Origin: Vitrella brassicaformis CCMP3155
Taxonomy: Eukaryota > Protista > Chromerida
Length of the DNA: 37,792 nt
Assembly (NCBI GenBank): GCA_001179505.1
Contig: CDMY01000637.1
Location: 1-37,792, forward strand
Reading direction: 5' to 3'
In this document: positions 32,450 through 37,792 of the stretch, one piece after another
Numbering within the stretch: position 1 is the stretch's first letter
Layout of the letters: each line of letters opens with the position of its first letter
Made by a program: the position numbers and the translations under genes
Notes under the pieces: generated by a model
What the model saw: only the letters and a program-made list of their open reading frames with translations
What the model was told of the DNA's origin: nothing
The model's database searches: none

Positions 32450-34840
32450 GAGACATCATTTAAAAGACGGCGGAATATAAAATGTAGGCAGCGATCCCAC
32501 CGGCCGCCTCGAGTACTTGGCCGCCTCCGAGAGGTTATCCTCACGGCTGAATCGGACGCCCTGCATGAGAACGACACCACGCGCCACATTGACTGACAAG
32601 TAAGTCCATGGTCGGTCTGGTTTGTGCTGTCCCTCCCCCTTCGACGGACTCACTCACTCACTCACCTGCTTGATGGCCTCCCACGAGTCCTCAGTCATGA
32701 CCCCATCGTCGCGAGGGTCGAAGGGAAAGCGGGCCGGTAACCATGCGATATCTGATCAATAGCGATATCCAACCACACATCGGATTCCATCCCATCCACA
32801 CAGGCATGGGATGGCACACACAGCAACCAGAGCATATTACATTGACAGCTGGATGGATGGAGCCAGTATCCCTCTCTGTGCTGTGTGTGTGACGTGGCTC
32901 ACATGCACACGCCCACGGCCCACATGTCGCTGGCCGGGCTGTACTCGAAACTCGTGAAGCATTCGGGCGCCTGCAGACAGACAGACGATCAAGTGGGAGG
33001 ATGGACGGATGAGTGCGTCATGCCGAGTGTGCTTACCAGGTACTTGGCCGTTTCGATGATTCGACTCGGCCGGCTGCAGGTGGGCGTGAGGGCCGTGTCG
33101 AAGTCCACCAGCATGACCCGATCCTCTCCCGCCGTCATGTTGTTGCGCAGCGACACGTCGGCGTGGGTGATCTGCACACACAGATGGGGCACGCAAGCAA
33201 TACGCTGGCTGGGGTCATATGTGGCTGTGTCTGCGTGTAGCCGTGTGTGCGTACGCTGTGCTCGTGCAGCACTTTGAGGCCCATCAACGCGCCTTCCGCG
33301 ATGTGGCGGGCCTCCACTTACGACATCTGGATGTAGTACGCCTCCTCGTCGCGGTAGATGCCGGCTGTGCAGCAGAGGTGCCGTGACAGCGGCAGGTGGA
33401 CCATCGCTATGTACTTGCGCACGAACTCGGCCTCGCCGCACTGCGGCGCCGTCTCATACCTGATAGGTGGGTCACACACACACACACACGTGTGTGTCAT
33501 AGCTATGAGTGTCGTTGTACTGCGTGTGTGTGATAGTGTGTGTCGTGAAGTGTGCTGACTGACGAATGTTCTCAATGGGCGCGGCCGTCGATTCTCCTTG
33601 GGTCCGCGCCTGTTTCTGAGGGAGACACATATTGAGGACAGGCATGAGCGCGTGTGTGTTCTTCTTTTCTTGTGGTGCGCCTTCTTCTCCCTGTGTCGAT
33701 GCTCCTTGGGTCCGCGCCTGTGTCTGAGGGAGACACATGTCTCGGCCTTGATAATGTACCCATTGCTGCATACCACACCCACCGCAACACACACCCGATG
33801 TGTTCGTTCCTGCGCACTCACTGACTGAATGCCCCATACTTACCCGCCGCTGTCGGCGTCGCTAACGTATCGGAAGCCCATGTCGTCGAGCATCGCCCAG
33901 AAGTCGGTGTATGACTGCGCAACGAACACAGCACAACAGCCAGCCATGACGAATGTTGAAATGCAAACCACTCTATGAGAACGTAATAGTGCTCCTGGTC
34001 GCGGTAGACGTCCCCCGTCGATCACAGGTGGGGCGAGGCCGGCAGCTTCAGCAGCGCTGACTTGTACTTGCGCACGAAGTCGGCCTCGCTGCATTGGGCC
34101 GTCTCGTAAGTGATGGATGGATGGGTCACACACACACACACACACACACAGATGCGCGTGTGAGGTTGATAGTTTGTATGTATTGTGTCCGCTCCTCTCG
34201 GCCCCTTCTTGGGCGCGTCGTTGTCGTCATTCGTCTTGATCGTCTGCGTCAGACACGAGGCCGGGCGGGATGTATGCGTTGAAGTCGACGGGGATCCCCT
34301 CTCAAAAGCGGCACACCGCCGACGCAGCAGCCGCTTGTTGTTGGGGCACACCTTCTCATTGATACAAGTGTCGACACCTTTCGCCAAGTGGTAGCCTGTC
34401 AATCAACAACCAACAACCACAACCCAACAATGGACACGCATACGGAAGAGCGTGAGCCTCGTCTGTCTGCCACTGACTCGTCTGTCTGCCACTAACCTCT
34501 GATATCATCGTGGCAGTTTCTTTATCGTGAATTCGCACGGTCCTGCGGGCCAAAACGACGCGGCGCTTGAACGTGTTTTCTCGTTCGGGTCTCACACGCC
34601 TTCTGGTTGTTGTTCGAAGGCGGATTGCGACCCCGGCAGCTACGTACTCTCCACCTTGATGATGTACCCATTGCTGCAGACAGAAAACACCCAGACAGAC
34701 ACAATCCAACCAGTGCGCATCGCACTCCAGGGTGGGGTGAATGGACGAGTGCATTCTATCTCACCCGCCGCTGTCGGCGTCGCTGACGTATCTGAAGCCC
34801 TTGGCGTCGAGCATCGCCCAGAAGTCGGTGCACGACTGCA
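32450..34840 (-). pseudogene. Degenerate Ser/Thr protein kinase-like gene with duplicated 5' exons and a frameshift
   Basis: Spliced pieces GLKVLHEHS|ITHADVSLRNNM...VMLVDFD...ETAKYL|APECFTSFEYSPASDMWAVG (subdomains VIa-IX). One extra C near 32731-32733 breaks YRMVTG-RFPF. Upstream exons occur twice. Confidence 0.65.
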
Positions 34841-34870
34841 CAATGAAGACAACACAACAGCCAGCCATGA
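33320..34870 (-). repeat. Imperfect tandem duplication of kinase 5' exon/intron blocks
   Basis: DFWAMLD.(M/K)GFRYVSDADSGG at ~33843-33915 and ~34763-34835, with shared flanking intron. NGYIIK at ~33750-33770 and ~34655-34675. YETA.QC.EA.FVRKY at ~33410-33460 and ~34065-34108. Confidence 0.8.
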
Positions 34871-34894
34871 CTAATGCACTGCATTCCATACCCT

Positions 34895-35297
34895 CAGTGA
34901 GTGCATTCGCCAGGCTTCTCTGACCGTGACGTAGGGGATGCGCTCCTGCATCTCAGTATACTATGGGCCATCTCGCCCACCTCCCTCGCCCCCCCAGCCT
35001 GTGTCCACCCAGCCATCAGCAGCAGCAAAAGATGATCCTCACTTGCGACTGCCGCGGAGTGCGGCATGCGCATGGGAACCAGCTGATGAGACGACGGTAG
35101 ACGACGGCGGTTCGACTCAGAATTCACTCGAATGGCTCTCTTTATCGAACAACCGAAAGCTCTGCAACGCTGCAACGCCTGTGAGAGCAGAAGCACTGCG
35201 CAGAAGGGCGATCCACTCAGCTCGCATGATGCGGCCATAAGCAGGGAGGCTTGCCGACGGCGATGCTGCCAGGAATCTTCGAAAAAGGAGCCCGTCT
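34895..35297 (+). repeat. 403-bp segment identical to 36565-36967
   Basis: Base-for-base match at offset 1670 (identical ORF translations), ending exactly at the N gap. Confidence 0.95.
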
Positions 35298-35597
35298 NNN
35301 NNNNNNNNNNNNNNNNNNNNNNNNNNNNNNNNNNNNNNNNNNNNNNNNNNNNNNNNNNNNNNNNNNNNNNNNNNNNNNNNNNNNNNNNNNNNNNNNNNNN
35401 NNNNNNNNNNNNNNNNNNNNNNNNNNNNNNNNNNNNNNNNNNNNNNNNNNNNNNNNNNNNNNNNNNNNNNNNNNNNNNNNNNNNNNNNNNNNNNNNNNNN
35501 NNNNNNNNNNNNNNNNNNNNNNNNNNNNNNNNNNNNNNNNNNNNNNNNNNNNNNNNNNNNNNNNNNNNNNNNNNNNNNNNNNNNNNNNNNNNNNNNN
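35298..35597. other. Assembly gap (300 N)
   Basis: Run of N. Confidence 1.
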
Positions 35598-35934
35598 CAA
35601 TGCAGTGCAGTGCAGTGCTCGCACATCATACATACAGCACTAGCATCACTGCAGCAGCTTCTCCATCGGCCACGTTGAGCGTCAGCGACAGACACATCAC
35701 GGCCAGCCAATTAGCAGGACATCATCTTCACACAAACACAAACACACCCACACACACATCCACCCACCTTCCCACCCACCCACCCACCCACCCACAAAGA
35801 GAGGATACAAGTAGGCACTAATTGCTCAGTGAGGCCTTCGCGCGCGGTGTGTTGATTGGCTCAATAGACAAGAAAAACGCATGAAAAAGAGCCATACATA
35901 CTCCCTTGGCCCAGACTCACAGCCATTGCGGTTA

Positions 35935-36564
35935 TCAGCACTTGAGCAGAGGCCTGGCGAGTTCTTGTTCATCCGCCCGGCCCCCTGCCTGGTGCGGTTG
36001 CTGTTGTCCGTCTGACTCGCCGCCTTGCCGCGGCTTGCGGCGCTGCCTGAGCTCCGGCGAGATATCACCGTGATCACCGTCTGCTGGGTGGCGGCCTTTG
36101 GGCGTCTGCACCGGGGCGTCGTGTCCGAGTGACGGCGGAGAGGGGCCAAACGAGGCGGCCGAGAGGGATTCGGGAGAGGAAGCAGGCTGCTCACCTGCTC
36201 CACAGGACGGGGCGGCTTGGTCCAGTTCTTCCTCCCTGAGCTCAAGATCATCAACAGACACAGACAGACACACACGGACACACATGTTCGTTTGCTGCAG
36301 CTGCGTATGGCTCTACTGACCTCCGCTTCTCCTCAAAGCGCCTGGCGAAGTCCTGCGCTTCAGCGAGATCTCTCACCAAAAACTTGAACATTTTCATGCT
36401 CTCGTCATCCTTGAAACGGCCTCGCGCGTCCATACACTCGCACAGCCCCAGCAGCTGGCCAGGGATCAGCTTGTTGAGGTCCAGCTCACGGATCATCTGC
36501 GACTCCGAATCCATGCCCAGCTCGACCATGGCCGCATTGACCCTGTCCGCGAGAACGCTGTGGG
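35935..36564 (-). CDS. Body of a small hypothetical gene (184 aa if joined to 1-43), 5'-truncated at 36564
   Basis: Exons 36564-36321 (...ADRVNAAMVELGMDSESQMIRELD...RRFEEKR) and 36235-35935 (EEELDQAAP...LLKC*), joined by a phase-2 GT-AG intron. Its start codon is found only at window position 43. Confidence 0.65.
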
Positions 36565-36967
36565 CAGTGAGTGCATTCGCCAGGCTTCTCTGACCGTGAC
36601 GTAGGGGATGCGCTCCTGCATCTCAGTATACTATGGGCCATCTCGCCCACCTCCCTCGCCCCCCCAGCCTGTGTCCACCCAGCCATCAGCAGCAGCAAAA
36701 GATGATCCTCACTTGCGACTGCCGCGGAGTGCGGCATGCGCATGGGAACCAGCTGATGAGACGACGGTAGACGACGGCGGTTCGACTCAGAATTCACTCG
36801 AATGGCTCTCTTTATCGAACAACCGAAAGCTCTGCAACGCTGCAACGCCTGTGAGAGCAGAAGCACTGCGCAGAAGGGCGATCCACTCAGCTCGCATGAT
36901 GCGGCCATAAGCAGGGAGGCTTGCCGACGGCGATGCTGCCAGGAATCTTCGAAAAAGGAGCCCGTCT
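36565..36967 (+). repeat. Second copy of 34895-35297
   Basis: Identical sequence. Begins immediately after the 33-bp match to the window start. Confidence 0.95.
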
Positions 36968-37792
36968 CCGTCTCGCCGTCTCGCCTTAATTAATTCTCGC
37001 CCACTCTCCCCCATATGTGGTTACGGGCTAAATCTGCCGCTCTTTACCTCCAATGCTTTTTCCATTTGCCCACGACTGACGACAGAGCCGCGATGGCACG
37101 AAAGGCAGCCTCTTCACGCGGCCTCAACTTCAGGGCGCGAAGGTGCTGCCAATCGGCGGCCATCGAGCCACAGGTGTTGGGTGCGCGGAGTGCGATGGAT
37201 GGACGCGTCGATGAACAAATTTGACCAGACCAAGAGTCTACCTACCAGCACCCCACACTAGTTACGCTATGCGCTCTGATAATCGGTCTGATAGATGTGT
37301 GAGGTGATGACACATCTCTAAATCTAAGCATGCATCATCAGTCAGACTTCTAACTAATTGCACACACATTAGCATAACGAACGTACAGAGGGGCATCCAA
37401 TCCAATCCAATCCAATCCAATTCCACACACGTAGTGTCATAACCTACCTGCACTTTAAGATGACATACGTAAGTATGACAGATATGATGTATCTGATCCG
37501 CGCTAAAACGAAACTACTCGAAGACTCGTCCGTCATGCCGACGTCATGCCTCACCACCAACAATCCCTCTCTCTCTCTCTCACTCATTGATGACATACAG
37601 ACCTTCCGGGCCACCCACCCTCCCTCCCACACACCCACATCCGTGCCCAGCCCACCTTGGCCCCCGGCTGTCCTCCATGAGTGGCTTGTTGCCCCGGCCA
37701 CCCACCCAACGCAGCTAGTCAAAACCTCGGGGGGGCATCGATGCGATGGATTCCACCCTCCCAATGCAATGCAATGCAGTGCAGTGCAGTGC

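Noticed and set aside
34-34894. The 34.9-kb block as a giant mobile element or endogenous virus
   Set aside because: No transposase, integrase, capsid or polymerase, and no terminal repeats. It contains ordinary intron-rich housekeeping genes.
35117-35821. ORFs containing poly-X
   Set aside because: They span the 300-N gap and are artefacts.
37772-37792. 21-bp identity between the window end and the first bases after the gap, taken as proof of circularity
   Set aside because: It lies in a (CAATG/CAGTG)n microsatellite that can match by chance. Kept only as weak supporting evidence.

Overview
Eukaryotic, intron-rich genomic DNA with GC-rich exons and short GT-AG introns full of microsatellites. 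By composition and gene families it is most likely a chromerid alveolate such as Vitrella brassicaformis (inference, not searched). Splice-phase-consistent gene models were built by hand: a 14-exon, 1862-aa secreted multidomain protein (GSDH-like propeller, PKD/PA14/TIG-like modules, two PAN/apple domains); a secreted protein resembling a phage tail spike (S74-like chaperone domain plus trimer-motif coiled coils); DNAJC9; a signal-peptide START protein; OPA3; and an RG/VKNTFI/CCCH protein. There are also three members of a lineage-specific family (one intact, one with an in-frame TAG, one frameshifted), a decayed kinase with duplicated exons, and several gene remnants. A 300-N gap lies at 35298-35597. 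The post-gap contig joins, at one base (36564/36565), sequence identical to the window start (1-33) and sequence identical to the last 403 bp before the gap. This points to a 34.9-kb structural variant, a circular or tandem unit, or a misassembly. No rRNA, tRNA, CRISPR array or autonomous transposon could be supported.
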